Origin: Candidatus Binatia bacterium
Lineage (GTDB): Bacteria > Acidobacteriota > Terriglobia > Terriglobales > Acidobacteriaceae
Assembly (NCBI GenBank): GCA_035538435.1
Contig: DATLKM010000222.1
Span: 16,319 to 80,318 of the forward strand
Length of the DNA: 64,000 bases
Direction: 5' to 3'
The notes under the pieces are model-generated. The model was given only the letters and a program-made list of their open reading frames with translations, ran no database searches and had not been told where the DNA came from. Below, in pieces: positions 1-10,032 of the stretch (the first letter of the stretch is position 1; every line of letters begins with the position of its first letter). The position numbers and the translations under genes are program-made.

Positions 1-451
1 AGTGGTGTTTTCCTGCCGCCGTCCCTTCGTGCGCGTGAACTTCCGGTAGCGCCGAAGGTGGCGCGTTTGAAACCGGAGAATCCATCGCAGCCGGAACCGA
101 AGGCCGTGAATTCTCTGCGCCCACTTCGGCGCCAGACGGCAAGCCGCACATGCCGCAAAACTTGTTGCCTATGCGGTTTAAATGCCCGCACACCCGGCAC
201 GCGACTTGAGTGCCGGAACCTTCCTCCATCAATTCTTCTTCCGTGACTAATTCCGAATCGCTTTCAATGGTCAGGCGCTGCATGGCCTGCAGCGCGGCGG
301 CAATCGCTTCCTGGCTTGGTTTGGGGCGGCGAATCTCCGGATAGAGCCGCTGATAAATTTCGCTCAGCGCAGGATCGTGCGGATCCACCGACAGCTTTTT
401 TCCGGGAGGTGCGGCAGGCTTCGAAGGCTTGTCTTTTTCTTTATCCGCCAT
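1..451 (-). CDS. zinc-ribbon domain protein, N-terminal part (gene continues past the left edge)
   Basis: Absent from the ORF track because there is no stop in the window. Manual reverse translation from ATG 451-449 gives MADKEKDKPSKPAAPPGKKLSVDPHDPALSEIYQRLYPE...VACRVCGHLNRIGNKFCGMCGLPSG..., open to base 1. Contains a CxxC-N10-CxxC zinc-ribbon motif. Confidence 0.6.
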   Translation of the reverse strand, partial: MADKEKDKPSKPAAPPGKKLSVDPHDPALSEIYQRLYPEIRRPKPSQEAIAAALQAMQRLTIESDSELVTEEELMEEGSGTQVACRVCGHLNRIGNKFCGMCGLPSGAEVGAENSRPSVPAAMDSPVSNAPPSALPEVHAHEGTAAGKHH

Positions 452-493
452 GAAAGGCCACAACGATCAGTTCATTCTATCCGATGCGGCCAC

Positions 494-961
494 TCATCTC
501 CGGGAAAACTCGATCTTGCCCTCGGCTTCGGTGGGAACGCCGTTGCAGGTCGCGGGACGATAGCGCCAGTTGCGCACCGTGCGCAACACGTTGCGATCGC
601 CGACCGTGCCGCCGCTTTCGAGAATAAGAGGACTGTGCACGTGCCCGTCGGCCCCGACAATAAAACTGACTTTCACTTTTTGTCCGCGGCTGCCCGCGAC
701 CGCCAGCGGATTGGGCGTGGCAATGGCTTGAGGCGGCTGGCTGTCTTCGCAGCGCGAGCGCGCGCTCACATGGGGAACTTCGACAAATTCCGTCGCCCGC
801 GCCGGCGCTTTCCACAAGCGCCACTCCCGCGCAGCGAGCGTGGCATGCTGCAATTGCAGAGACGCGGGAACCGACGCCCAGCCCCACAGCGGGAGCAGAA
901 TCAACAACCAGCACGGCCAGATGCGGCGAAGCATTGCGACGAAGTTCCTCCGGTAAAGCAC
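494..961 (-). CDS. TonB C-terminal-domain (energy transducer TonB-like) protein
   Basis: 155-aa ORF with a hydrophobic N-terminus (WPCWLLILLPLWGWA). The C-terminal segment VKVSFIVGADGHVHSPLILESGGTVGDRNVLRTVRNWRYRP is typical of the TonB_C fold. The start may be an internal Met. Confidence 0.6.
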   Translation of the reverse strand: MLYRRNFVAMLRRIWPCWLLILLPLWGWASVPASLQLQHATLAAREWRLWKAPARATEFVEVPHVSARSRCEDSQPPQAIATPNPLAVAGSRGQKVKVSFIVGADGHVHSPLILESGGTVGDRNVLRTVRNWRYRPATCNGVPTEAEGKIEFSRR

Positions 962-1108
962 GATGAAACTAAATCATCGGCAAATGCCGTACCAGCCCAA
1001 CCCGTCGGCTAACAGCCGTGTTTTCAGATGATTACAGCTCCAAGAAGCAACCCTCGCTGCACCTGATGTGCAGGCACTTGCACATTTCCGCCGCCCGCGT
1101 GCGGTTCG

Positions 1109-2005
1109 TTAGATCGACTGGCGCAACGTCAGCAGGGTGATTTCGGGCGGACAGTTCAAGCGCATGGGAATGCCGATGGTCCCGATTCCGCAAGTCGTAT
1201 AGAGGGGGATGTTCCCTACCAGATAAGCCCCGCGAATATATTTCTTGGCGAGGTGAGGCAGATACAGCGGAGGCAGCAGAGGGAACCGGATCTGCCCGCC
1301 GTGCGAATGTCCCGACAGTTGCAGATCAATGGAGAAGCGCGAAGATTCGTCGGCGAAATCCGGTTCATGGGCAAGCAGAACCACCGCTTCGTTCGCAGGA
1401 ATTCCTTTTAAAGTCTGCGCAAGATCGGCGGTGTGGGTGAGAACATCGTGCACTCCTGCAATCCAGAAACGCGTCCCGTCCCGCTCGATGGCCGCAGACT
1501 CATTGCCCAAAACGCGAATCCCTTGTGCCTGCAAGACGGCCGTGACATGTCCAGGATCAGTATCGGCATCGTGATTGCCCAACACCGCCCAGCGGCCATG
1601 CGGCGCGATCAACTGGCTCAACAACAGGGCGCAAGGATCGGCCGCCCGGGCCGCGATTTTGTCGTTGCCCATTAGCGGCGTAGTCACGAAATCGCCCGCC
1701 AGCGCGATTAGGTCGGGCTTCAATGCATTCACCACGGGAATCGCCGCTCGTAGAGGATGCACGGAAAATGTCGGATCGTAATGAAAGTCGCTGAGCAGCG
1801 CGATGGTAAACCCGTTCAGCCGCTCCGGCCAGCGGGGCAGAAAAAAGTCGTGCCGAACGAGCCTGGGATCGTTGGCTTCGATCAGAACTCCGTCGCCTGC
1901 CACGGCAAGTGCTCCCGCGGCGGCAGTCCCAAGCAGAAAATTCCGCCGGGTAATTGAAGTGGATCGGCGATGGCGGCTGGCTGGTGGGGACGCGAGAACT
2001 TCCAT
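1109..2005 (-). CDS. metallophosphoesterase (Tat-type signal, YaeI-like)
   Basis: Twin-arginine leader RRNFLLGTAAAGALAV. Calcineurin-like motifs LSDFH, GDFV, GNHD and GHSHGGQ. Confidence 0.85.
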   Translation of the reverse strand: MEVLASPPASRHRRSTSITRRNFLLGTAAAGALAVAGDGVLIEANDPRLVRHDFFLPRWPERLNGFTIALLSDFHYDPTFSVHPLRAAIPVVNALKPDLIALAGDFVTTPLMGNDKIAARAADPCALLLSQLIAPHGRWAVLGNHDADTDPGHVTAVLQAQGIRVLGNESAAIERDGTRFWIAGVHDVLTHTADLAQTLKGIPANEAVVLLAHEPDFADESSRFSIDLQLSGHSHGGQIRFPLLPPLYLPHLAKKYIRGAYLVGNIPLYTTCGIGTIGIPMRLNCPPEITLLTLRQSI

Positions 2006-2095
2006 GCTTATTTCAGAATAACGTTTCTTCTAGCATAACCCAGGAGCAGGCATAAGAACGGCCCGGCTGGGCCTACGTGTCGCAACGTTCGCAGT

Positions 2096-5065
2096 TCAGA
2101 AACTGAACGTGGCCTGCAAGTCGATCCGGCGATTTGCCGCTCCGTTCGAGAACGGCCCCTGCTGCAACTGATTGGAGAGGTCGAAAAAGTGCGAGCCCAA
2201 AACTCCGCTCGGGCTCGCAAGGTTCACCTTGTTAAACACATTGCGCGCCGAGACTCCAAAGGTGAGGTTGTAACGCCGATCGGTGTTGCCCCCTCCCATT
2301 CCGCCCGGGCCGCCTCCGAATAAGGGCCCGCGCACGCCGCTTCCACCGCCGTGTCCGCCCACCGGCCCGCCCCGCGGGCCGTTGTCGCCCTGATTCCCGC
2401 TCGTCTTGCCGGCTTTAGGGCCGAAGCCAATCGTCTTGGTGAGGCGCAGATTCACCGTTGCGTGCGCCGGCCCCGTCCCGTAGTTGATGGGAACAAGCTT
2501 TTCACCGGCGGCCGGAGCCGCGTCGAAGGTTCCCAGCGGAGTGCAGTAGGCGTTTCCTGTTGGTGGACCGTTAGGGCACGTCGCTGTGGAAACGAAGCCG
2601 GGGCGATCGTTGAATATGGAATCGTTGTTCAAATCGTTCGCCGTCGTGATGTTGAACGGAGTGCCCGAGCTGACGACCATGAACGGACTGATCCGGAAAT
2701 TCCGCGGCAATGCCAGCGATCCTCCGAAGAACAAGCGGTTGCGTGTATCGAACGAGGCGCGGCCGTAATCCTGGCTGATGTCATGCGAATTCGAAGGGAA
2801 AGTAGAAACGCCGCCGGTATCGCTGTTGGCGTAGTTCAGCACGTAGTAGCCGAAAAGCTGAATCTTGGAGCTGGCGCGAATGTTCGTATTGGCGATCAAC
2901 TGATTCTGGCGGAAGACCGCTCCGGAAACGTACTGGTACAGATTCCCCCCGGTGGGAGTGGAGCATGGAGGACACGGCGTCCCCGGATAAGGTGCATTGG
3001 CATTGATCGTAAGCAACTGATCGAAGCCGCGCGAGTTCAGATAAGTGACGTTCAGCGTCGCCGATTTCGTCAGTTGCCGCTCTACACTGATGGCCGACTG
3101 CATCGTGTAAGGCGCGTGCAGGCGCGGGCTGATCTGGTAGATCGCAGTCTTGGCCGGAGCGGCATACCCGGTACAACTGAAAATATCCGTGCTCGGGCAA
3201 ACCGGATTATTGATCACGAACTGCTCCTGGGTTGCGCCGTTCAGCAGTTGTGCTTCGAGAATCTGTGCGACCTGAAAACGGTCATAGAAAATTCCGAAAC
3301 CCCCGCGGATCACGACTTTCGGCGGGGCAGATTTTCCTCCCACGCCCCAGGCCAGTCCGATGCGCGGCGCCCAATCGGCGTGATCGGAAATTCCAGTCTG
3401 CATTTCATAGCGCAGGCCGTAGCTGAAGGTTATGTTGGAGCGGACTTTCCAATCGTCCTGGTAGTACAGCCCGGCGTCGAAATTATTGACCACGATGGCT
3501 GGCGTGCCCGGCGCGCATCCCGACGACCCTACCTTGCACGTGTAGGAAAGCTGCGTAGCAATCGGAGTTGTGCCCACACCACCCGCCGAAGCGTACGTAC
3601 TGTAAGGAATCGGGCACGGCGGCGCGCCCGCGGATGGGGTGCAGGGCGATTGCTGGGAATTGGGAAGCAGCGACGAGAACGTAAACGTCCCGTTGAACCC
3701 CGATGTTGTCGTGTTCGCATCCCTCACTCCGCGCAGCCGCGCGCCGAACTTGATCGTGTGGCTGCCGTGGACGATCGAAGTGTAGTTCTGTAGTTCGTAA
3801 TGGTCCTGGTGATCGAAGACGTCGCCCTGGCTGTTTCCTCCTGCGCCCAGCGCCCCGGGAACGTTAATCGTGGGCGAGCTGTTCAGCGCGAATTGATTGT
3901 TTAGCTCGCGAAGGTACTGAAAGCGGGTCTCGTTGACAATTTTTCCGCCGAAGATCTGCGTGTCGCTGATCTGAAGCGTGTGCTCGGTTTCGTCGGTGTT
4001 ATAGGCTTGCGATGCCAGGTTGAACTGGCCCACACCATCCGCCCCTTCAGTGTTGTGGTAATACTGGTAGCGTACTGTGAGCGTGTTGTTCTTGCTCAAT
4101 TGATAATCGATGCGCGGCGTAATGTTGGTGCGATGGCGCGGATTGGGCACAGATTCCAGCAGATTGAATTGGGCGCCATTCACCAGTTCAAATGCATCCA
4201 CCGCCGAAAGATCGGCAATATTGCGGCGCTGCGAGTCGATGAAAAAAGACGCCTTCCTATTGATGGGCCCGCCAAAGTTCAGGCTGTACTGCGTGGTGTC
4301 GTAACCCGGCTGGTTGGCTCCGCCGAACGGATTCGGCGAATTGAAAGCTGAGTCATTGCCGATAACATAAGCCTGCCCGTGATATTGATCGGTGCCGGGC
4401 TTGGTGAAAATTTCTATGCGGCCGTAACCCAGCTTGTCGTACTCGGCCGAGAACGGATTCTGATTGATACGAATCTCGCGGATCGAAGACTTGGGCGGAA
4501 GCTGCCCGGCCGTGAATCCATCGATATAGATCTGCCCGCCATTGGGCCCTGCGGAAGGCCCGGCCAGCGCCTGCAAATCGGTCAGCAGCTCGTCGGGATC
4601 GTCCGGCAGCGCCTCAAGTTCTTTGCCGGAAATGACAATTGCGCCCGCGTTGTTTTCTGGATTCACATCGACCGTAGGCGCAGTATCGGAAACCTGAACT
4701 TTTTCTTCTTCGACCTGAATCGCCATCTCCACATTCAGCCGCATGGCCTGGGGGCCGACCACGACGTTATTGTTCAAATAAGTGGCGAACCCCGGAGCAG
4801 CGACGGTCAGCGAATATTTTCCGGGAGCCACTCCGCGGAACTCATACGCTCCCTGCCCGTCACTCTGAGCTTTCAGCGCCGCGCCGCCGGACGCCGGGGC
4901 CATGGATAGATTCGCGTTAGGAATGGCTGCGCCCGACGGGTCATTCACCTGCCCGCGCAACGCGCCCGAATTCGACACCGCGTTCGTGGCAGGCGCGGTT
5001 TGCGCTGCCGCCAGATTTGACAGCAGAAATACGAATGCCAGCAATAGGTCTTTCCAAGACTTCAT
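2096..5065 (-). CDS. TonB-dependent receptor-like outer-membrane protein with N-terminal carboxypeptidase-regulatory-like domain
   Basis: 989 aa with a signal peptide. N-terminal GALRGQVNDPSGAAIPNANLSM...GAYEFRGVAPGKYSLTV is CarboxypepD_reg-like. Long beta-rich body and a C-terminal aromatic residue (ATFSF). Confidence 0.85.
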   Translation of the reverse strand: MKSWKDLLLAFVFLLSNLAAAQTAPATNAVSNSGALRGQVNDPSGAAIPNANLSMAPASGGAALKAQSDGQGAYEFRGVAPGKYSLTVAAPGFATYLNNNVVVGPQAMRLNVEMAIQVEEEKVQVSDTAPTVDVNPENNAGAIVISGKELEALPDDPDELLTDLQALAGPSAGPNGGQIYIDGFTAGQLPPKSSIREIRINQNPFSAEYDKLGYGRIEIFTKPGTDQYHGQAYVIGNDSAFNSPNPFGGANQPGYDTTQYSLNFGGPINRKASFFIDSQRRNIADLSAVDAFELVNGAQFNLLESVPNPRHRTNITPRIDYQLSKNNTLTVRYQYYHNTEGADGVGQFNLASQAYNTDETEHTLQISDTQIFGGKIVNETRFQYLRELNNQFALNSSPTINVPGALGAGGNSQGDVFDHQDHYELQNYTSIVHGSHTIKFGARLRGVRDANTTTSGFNGTFTFSSLLPNSQQSPCTPSAGAPPCPIPYSTYASAGGVGTTPIATQLSYTCKVGSSGCAPGTPAIVVNNFDAGLYYQDDWKVRSNITFSYGLRYEMQTGISDHADWAPRIGLAWGVGGKSAPPKVVIRGGFGIFYDRFQVAQILEAQLLNGATQEQFVINNPVCPSTDIFSCTGYAAPAKTAIYQISPRLHAPYTMQSAISVERQLTKSATLNVTYLNSRGFDQLLTINANAPYPGTPCPPCSTPTGGNLYQYVSGAVFRQNQLIANTNIRASSKIQLFGYYVLNYANSDTGGVSTFPSNSHDISQDYGRASFDTRNRLFFGGSLALPRNFRISPFMVVSSGTPFNITTANDLNNDSIFNDRPGFVSTATCPNGPPTGNAYCTPLGTFDAAPAAGEKLVPINYGTGPAHATVNLRLTKTIGFGPKAGKTSGNQGDNGPRGGPVGGHGGGSGVRGPLFGGGPGGMGGGNTDRRYNLTFGVSARNVFNKVNLASPSGVLGSHFFDLSNQLQQGPFSNGAANRRIDLQATFSF

Positions 5066-5165
5066 TCTTTAATTCCGATTACGAAACGCACATTTCGTTG
5101 GACTTGTCGATCTGGGTTTTGGTGAGAACGAAAATCAATCCGCCGCTTGCGCGCGGCGAACAACA

Positions 5166-6407
5166 TTATGGGCCGCCCGCATCGCCCGCTGGCGCGCCCA
5201 AACTCCAGGGGGTAAGAATCGAGGCTCCGCTGGCCCCCGGAGCTGCCTGCAAAATCGGCTCGACACCGGTGAGCAGGGTCACGACTGAGCCTGGCCCTCC
5301 ACCATCTTCTGTCGAGAGAACCACCACCGCGTCGCCTTTATGCAAATCATTAAGCGAACCCGCGGGCAGACGGCTCAGCATACGCTGCAGGTCCGGCGGG
5401 CCACCGCCGCGTCCGCCCATACCGCCGCTGCTACCTGGTGGGCCGCCGCCTGGGCCGCCCGGCGGGCTCTGCGCCTTCCCTTCCCCACCCGAATTCCCTT
5501 CCGCCGATGCCCCGCCCAGCATGGCAGCCTTGAGCCTCGCTGCGATTCTCTGCGCCATCTCCGGCGGAAGGCCCCGCAATTGCGAATCGGGGGTGACTTT
5601 TACCGTAATCGATTTTTTCGAAATCAGATCGTGAACATCCACGGTGGAAGCGCTCGCATCGACCGAATTGATCGTGCCCGCGATGTTGCGGAACGATCCG
5701 AAGACGATTTCTTCCGCCGCAATCTCACTTCCGTCGGTGTTGCGCTCACCCCGGGCGCGTACCTGGTCACCGGAATGCAATTCCTGAAGCGAACTGGCCT
5801 TGGCATCGTCGAACTTGACGGAATTGGCCGAGTAGCGGCGAATCACTGTCGCCGGCGAGGTGTGAATCACCACATTTTTCTTCGCTGCCAGAGCACCGAC
5901 CGTAATTGTCACCGTTCCGGCCGCCGTGTTGACGTCGGCGGCCGGCCCGTCGACGCCACGCTTCTGCCAGTCCTGAAGTTCCTGCTGATGGCGCGCATCA
6001 AGATCGGAGCGTTTCATCACGACAACGGTCGAGACGACCGCCGGGCCCCCATCGGACGCCGGCTTGCTGCCAATCATGATGCGGTCGCCAATCTGAAGGT
6101 CCCGCAACTGCATCGGCGTCGCATTCTTCAGATTCTTTTCCCCGGGAGCGATGCGCAGAAAGCGTGTCGCATCCTGAACCGTGATCGTCACCTGCGGCCC
6201 GGAATCCGGAGTGAACGTGATCTGGTTTCCCTCAATCGCTTTAACCAACCCGATGCGCGGCGCGGCGGCAGCGGCGGGTTGTGTCTGCGCGCCGGCCAGT
6301 GTGCCCACGAGCCCGGTAACACTTGAGCAGAGCACGGCCCATAATGCTGCGCGAAGGAATAGCTTCGCCCGCGCCCGCATGGATCTGGCTAAAGCCATAT
6401 ATTCCAA
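5166..6407 (-). CDS. secreted protein with repeated GDxV/I beta modules and a Gly/Pro-rich segment (DUF5666-like)
   Basis: Signal peptide. Repeated motifs such as GDRIMIG, GDQVRARGERNTDGSEIAAEEIV and GDAVVVLS. Low-complexity stretch GGPGGGPPGSSGGMGGRGGGPP. Confidence 0.55.
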   Translation of the reverse strand: MEYMALARSMRARAKLFLRAALWAVLCSSVTGLVGTLAGAQTQPAAAAAPRIGLVKAIEGNQITFTPDSGPQVTITVQDATRFLRIAPGEKNLKNATPMQLRDLQIGDRIMIGSKPASDGGPAVVSTVVVMKRSDLDARHQQELQDWQKRGVDGPAADVNTAAGTVTITVGALAAKKNVVIHTSPATVIRRYSANSVKFDDAKASSLQELHSGDQVRARGERNTDGSEIAAEEIVFGSFRNIAGTINSVDASASTVDVHDLISKKSITVKVTPDSQLRGLPPEMAQRIAARLKAAMLGGASAEGNSGGEGKAQSPPGGPGGGPPGSSGGMGGRGGGPPDLQRMLSRLPAGSLNDLHKGDAVVVLSTEDGGGPGSVVTLLTGVEPILQAAPGASGASILTPWSLGAPAGDAGGP

Positions 6408-6598
6408 TGTACAACGCGGCTTAGGCGAAAGGATGGGGTTTACAAAGTTTTACTTCAACATCAACACAGTGTTAAGCAATGTGACGTAGGGACGGTGCCT
6501 GCGCCGTCCCGCCGAGCGAAGAGGATGCGTAAGCCCGCGAACATTCGGGTACTTTTTTTCAGGCGACGCAGACCGGGTTCTTCTGCGAGGCACTCACG

Positions 6599-7567
6599 TC
6601 ACGCTGCGACCAGCAGGCTCTCCGCAAAAGGCCACCGGTCATCGATCCACTGCGCCTCGCACCGAAACCCCGTGCTGTGCGCCATCAAGTCCACTTCTTG
6701 CCGCGTGTACTTGTGGCTGCTTTCGGTCCAGATGGTTTCGCCCTCGGCGAATTCGACAGTCAGATCGGCAGCGTCAATCCTCACTTGTTGACGCACTTTC
6801 GAGCGCAGATGCATCTCCACGCTTCGAACTTCGCGATTGATCATGGCAGCGTGCTCGAACTGCGATAGATCGAAGTTCCCCTCCAGCTCTCTGTTAATTC
6901 GCGCCAGCAGATTCAGATTGAAGGCCGAAGTCACACCCAACTCGTCGTCATAAGCGGCCAGGAGCTGCGACGTGGATTTCTCCAGATCGGTGCCCAGCAG
7001 CAGAAAATCGCCGGGTTCAAGAATGCGTCGCACCTCGGAAAGGAACTTCATTCCCGCAGGGCGGTCGAAATTTCCAATCGTGCTGCCCAGGAACAAAACC
7101 AGCAGATGATGCCCCTGCTGACGCCGCGCCGCCGCAGCCAGCAGGCCATCGAGATATTCGCGCTCGAAACCCACAATGCTGATCGATTCAATATCGCTCA
7201 GTTCGCGCTCGCACATCACCAGCGCGGAGTGGGAAATTTCAATGGGATAGTAAATCGTGCGCTGGCGCCGGCCCAGCGCTTCCAGAATGTGGCGCGTCTT
7301 GCGCCCGCTGCCACTGCCCAGTTCGGCCACCGATACGGGCGTGGCAAGGCGGTCCACAATGTCCCCCGCGTGCCGCCGCAGCAGGCGTTCATCAGCGCGG
7401 GTCAACCCATATTCCGGTAGATGGCTGATGACTTCGAAGAGGGCAGAACCCACATCGTCGTACAAATATTTCGAGAGCAGTTCTTTTTGCCCCGGCTTGG
7501 TCAAGCCGGCGCGGACATCGGCGGCAAACTCGTACGTCGTGTTCGGTGTGATGGCGTGGACCAGCAT
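6599..7567 (-). CDS. egtD: L-histidine N(alpha)-methyltransferase (ergothioneine biosynthesis)
   Basis: N-terminal FAADVRAGLTKPGQKELLSKYLYDDVGSALFEVISHLPEYGLTRADERLL and the SAM-binding ELGSGSGRKT match the EgtD family pattern. 322 aa. Confidence 0.9.
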   Translation of the reverse strand: MLVHAITPNTTYEFAADVRAGLTKPGQKELLSKYLYDDVGSALFEVISHLPEYGLTRADERLLRRHAGDIVDRLATPVSVAELGSGSGRKTRHILEALGRRQRTIYYPIEISHSALVMCERELSDIESISIVGFEREYLDGLLAAAARRQQGHHLLVLFLGSTIGNFDRPAGMKFLSEVRRILEPGDFLLLGTDLEKSTSQLLAAYDDELGVTSAFNLNLLARINRELEGNFDLSQFEHAAMINREVRSVEMHLRSKVRQQVRIDAADLTVEFAEGETIWTESSHKYTRQEVDLMAHSTGFRCEAQWIDDRWPFAESLLVAA

Positions 7568-7612
7568 GAGAAAAGCTCCTTGGACGAATGGGCGCGACGA
7601 AGCGATTGCAAA

Positions 7613-8947
7613 TTAGCGCTGCACGCAGCGAAATCCCGCGTACATGTATGGGTAGTGCGATTGAAACCAGTTGCGAAAACTGCGGCGCAACATGCTTGCC
7701 GCCGTGCGGGCCGAACCGCCTTTCATGACGAAATGTTTGCCGTCGAAAAAGTCGGCCGAGTATCCCGGATAAAAAGGAAAACGCGCGAAGCCGGCGAAAG
7801 GCCCGAATTCAGTGGAAGTCCACTCCCATCCGTTGCCCATCATGTCGTGAACTCCGAAACCGCTCTGGGCTTGGGGAAACGCATCGACCGATGTCGGGCT
7901 CCAGCGCTCAAAATCGAAATTTCCCAATTCCGGCGCGGGCGCGGAATCGCCCCAGGGGTAGCTTCGCTCGCCGCCGTCGGCCGTACCGTATGCGGCGCGA
8001 TGCCACTCGGCCTCTGTCGGCAGCGCTTTTCCCTTCCAGCGCGCGTACGCTTTGGCTTCGGCCTGGCTCACATACGCCGGCCAGTCCGTCGGCAGCGGAA
8101 GTTCCTCGAACATCGTTCGATAAAGCCACTGATCTCCCGACTGCTTCCAAAACGCGGGGTGAGAAATTGATTGCTGCGATTTCCACGCCCAGTCTGCGTC
8201 TTGCCAGAGTTCACGCGCCTGATAGCCCCCCGCCTCCAAGAATTCCAGGTACTGCCCGTTCGTCACTTTGTATTTGTCGATGGCCAAGGCGGGGACATGC
8301 ACGCTGTGAGATTCGAATTCGTTGTCCCATCCGAAAGCGCCGCTGGAACGGGCCAGCCCGAGCGTAGCGTCACCGGCGGGGATTTGAATCGGTTGATGAA
8401 ACAGACGGCCGGAAGTGGTTTGCAGATTTTCGTTGCGATGAATCTTTTGAGCAAGCGGCAGTTGATGGAACATGTAGGCCAGCGTTTCCGCGTGCATAAG
8501 GCGGTGCTCAATAGCCACATTCAGCAGAGTAGTCAGGGCGAAGCCATCGGTCCGCGGCGGATTTTCCTCGGCCAGGGCAGATTCAACGCTCTCATCAAGC
8601 GCGTCTCGAACGCCCTGCACATAGCCGCGTACATGGTGGAGGGAAGGCCAATCCGCAGGCTGGTCGGATGGCAGGCCGCCGCCCACCGGGTCTATGCCAA
8701 AGGCGAATAATCGATCGAACTCGGGATGAAAACTCTTCCGCCCCAGGACGCGCCCGTTCAGCAGGTTCCAGTCGAATGCCTCAAGATGCCCGATATAAAA
8801 GACGATGCGATGCCGTTCCGCGATTGGCCGCTCGTAGAGAAACTGCGGCTTGACCAGGGCGAAAATCTCATCGGTCTGTTTGCGCGCATCGGCGAGCTGT
8901 GTCCATAGTCCGCTGCGCGCGTGGGAAAGGCTTTCGATGGCTGGCAT
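7613..8947 (-). CDS. egtB: hercynine oxygenase / sulfoxide synthase (DinB + FGE-sulfatase domains)
   Basis: DinB-like His motifs (FYIGHLEAF, IEHRLMHAET) and a C-terminal FGE-like domain (GNGWEWTS, MKGGSARTA). Lies 45 bp upstream of egtD on the same strand. Confidence 0.9.
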   Translation of the reverse strand: MPAIESLSHARSGLWTQLADARKQTDEIFALVKPQFLYERPIAERHRIVFYIGHLEAFDWNLLNGRVLGRKSFHPEFDRLFAFGIDPVGGGLPSDQPADWPSLHHVRGYVQGVRDALDESVESALAEENPPRTDGFALTTLLNVAIEHRLMHAETLAYMFHQLPLAQKIHRNENLQTTSGRLFHQPIQIPAGDATLGLARSSGAFGWDNEFESHSVHVPALAIDKYKVTNGQYLEFLEAGGYQARELWQDADWAWKSQQSISHPAFWKQSGDQWLYRTMFEELPLPTDWPAYVSQAEAKAYARWKGKALPTEAEWHRAAYGTADGGERSYPWGDSAPAPELGNFDFERWSPTSVDAFPQAQSGFGVHDMMGNGWEWTSTEFGPFAGFARFPFYPGYSADFFDGKHFVMKGGSARTAASMLRRSFRNWFQSHYPYMYAGFRCVQR

Positions 8948-9135
8948 GGCTGGTCCCCCACAATCGTTCTGTCAAGTCCCCGGCGGCAGTCAGCCGGCAC
9001 AATTCGTTGGATTGTACGCTTCTGCCGAATCCGCGCAAAATACTGGAAAATACCGATTGGCGGGCACATTCCAGCAGGCAGAACGGTTAGATGTTCAAGC
9101 GGCCCGGTAGTTTCAACGAAAAATCGGCCGGTTTT

Positions 9136-10032
9136 CTAGGGGACCAGATGTTTGTTGTGCAGAAACTCGCGCGCTACTACGGTTGCATCGCGATGCTCTC
9201 CGTCGAGCGCGTAGTTTAATCTACGCATTTCAGCATCCGAAATCTGTCCCGCCAACGCCGCAACGGCATTGGCTATTTCCGGGTGCTCTTGCAGCACAGC
9301 CCCGCGCATGACCGCTACCGCCTCATACGGAGGAAAGTAGTGGCGATCGTCTGCCAGCACGAACAGATCGAGCGCGGGAATGAGGCCATCGGTCGCGTTT
9401 CCCGCAGCTATGTCGATCTGGTGCGCCTTGAGCGCCGGCGCGAGCAGGCCAAGATCCATGATGCGTGGAGCGCTCGCAAAACGCAGGCCGTAAGCGGCGG
9501 CCAGGCCTTTGTAGCCGTCAGGCCGCTCCATGAACTCGTAGCCGAATCCGGCGCGCCAGTGTGGAGCGAAAGGAGCGGCCTGAGAGAGCGTAGTCAGATG
9601 AAGCCGTCTTGCGTCTTCCCCGCGAATTTCCATGGCAAACGTATTGTTGAAGCCGAAGGGCGTCGACAGCGTAAACGCAAAACGCGATTCGTATTCCTTT
9701 TTTAATCGCTCGTATAGCTGCTCTTTATCGCCCTGTGCTTTCTCCTTAAGAATCGCAGTGACCGCCGTGCCTGTGTATTCCGGGTAAATATCGATTCGTC
9801 CGGCCAGCATGGCCTGCTGGCAAATGTAGGTTCCCGCCAGATAAAAACGCCGCTCCACTTTTAAATCCGTGTGGGCTTCGATCTGCTGCGCCATAATTTC
9901 GCCGAGCATCAGAGATTCGGTGAAGTTTTTGGATCCGATCACGACGCGGCTGGAGCGCGAGGGCGCGCAGGAGAGAGAAAAAATAACGAGCAGCACACAG
10001 GCGCTTCCCAACTTCTTTTGCGCGCATCTCAT
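9136..10032 (-). CDS. ABC transporter substrate-binding protein, glycine-betaine/quaternary-amine (OpuAC/OpuCC) type
   Basis: Lipoprotein-like leader (VIFSLSCAPS). Motifs VVIGSKNFTESLMLGEIMAQ and IDIYPEYTGTA are typical of the OpuC/OsmF binding-protein family. ATGA overlap with the permease gene. Confidence 0.85.
   Translation of the reverse strand: MRCAQKKLGSACVLLVIFSLSCAPSRSSRVVIGSKNFTESLMLGEIMAQQIEAHTDLKVERRFYLAGTYICQQAMLAGRIDIYPEYTGTAVTAILKEKAQGDKEQLYERLKKEYESRFAFTLSTPFGFNNTFAMEIRGEDARRLHLTTLSQAAPFAPHWRAGFGYEFMERPDGYKGLAAAYGLRFASAPRIMDLGLLAPALKAHQIDIAAGNATDGLIPALDLFVLADDRHYFPPYEAVAVMRGAVLQEHPEIANAVAALAGQISDAEMRRLNYALDGEHRDATVVAREFLHNKHLVP

Noticed and set aside
2351-3793. 480-aa plus-strand ORF. 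Similar long ORFs occur at 5340-6326, 12584-13513, 16489-17622, 18175-19284, 27443-28357, 31091-31879, 52940-53881 and 57387-58121.
   Set aside because: All lie antisense inside genes with strong family signatures. Their translations are Arg/Gly/Ala/Pro-rich with no motifs. These are typical shadow ORFs of a high-GC genome.
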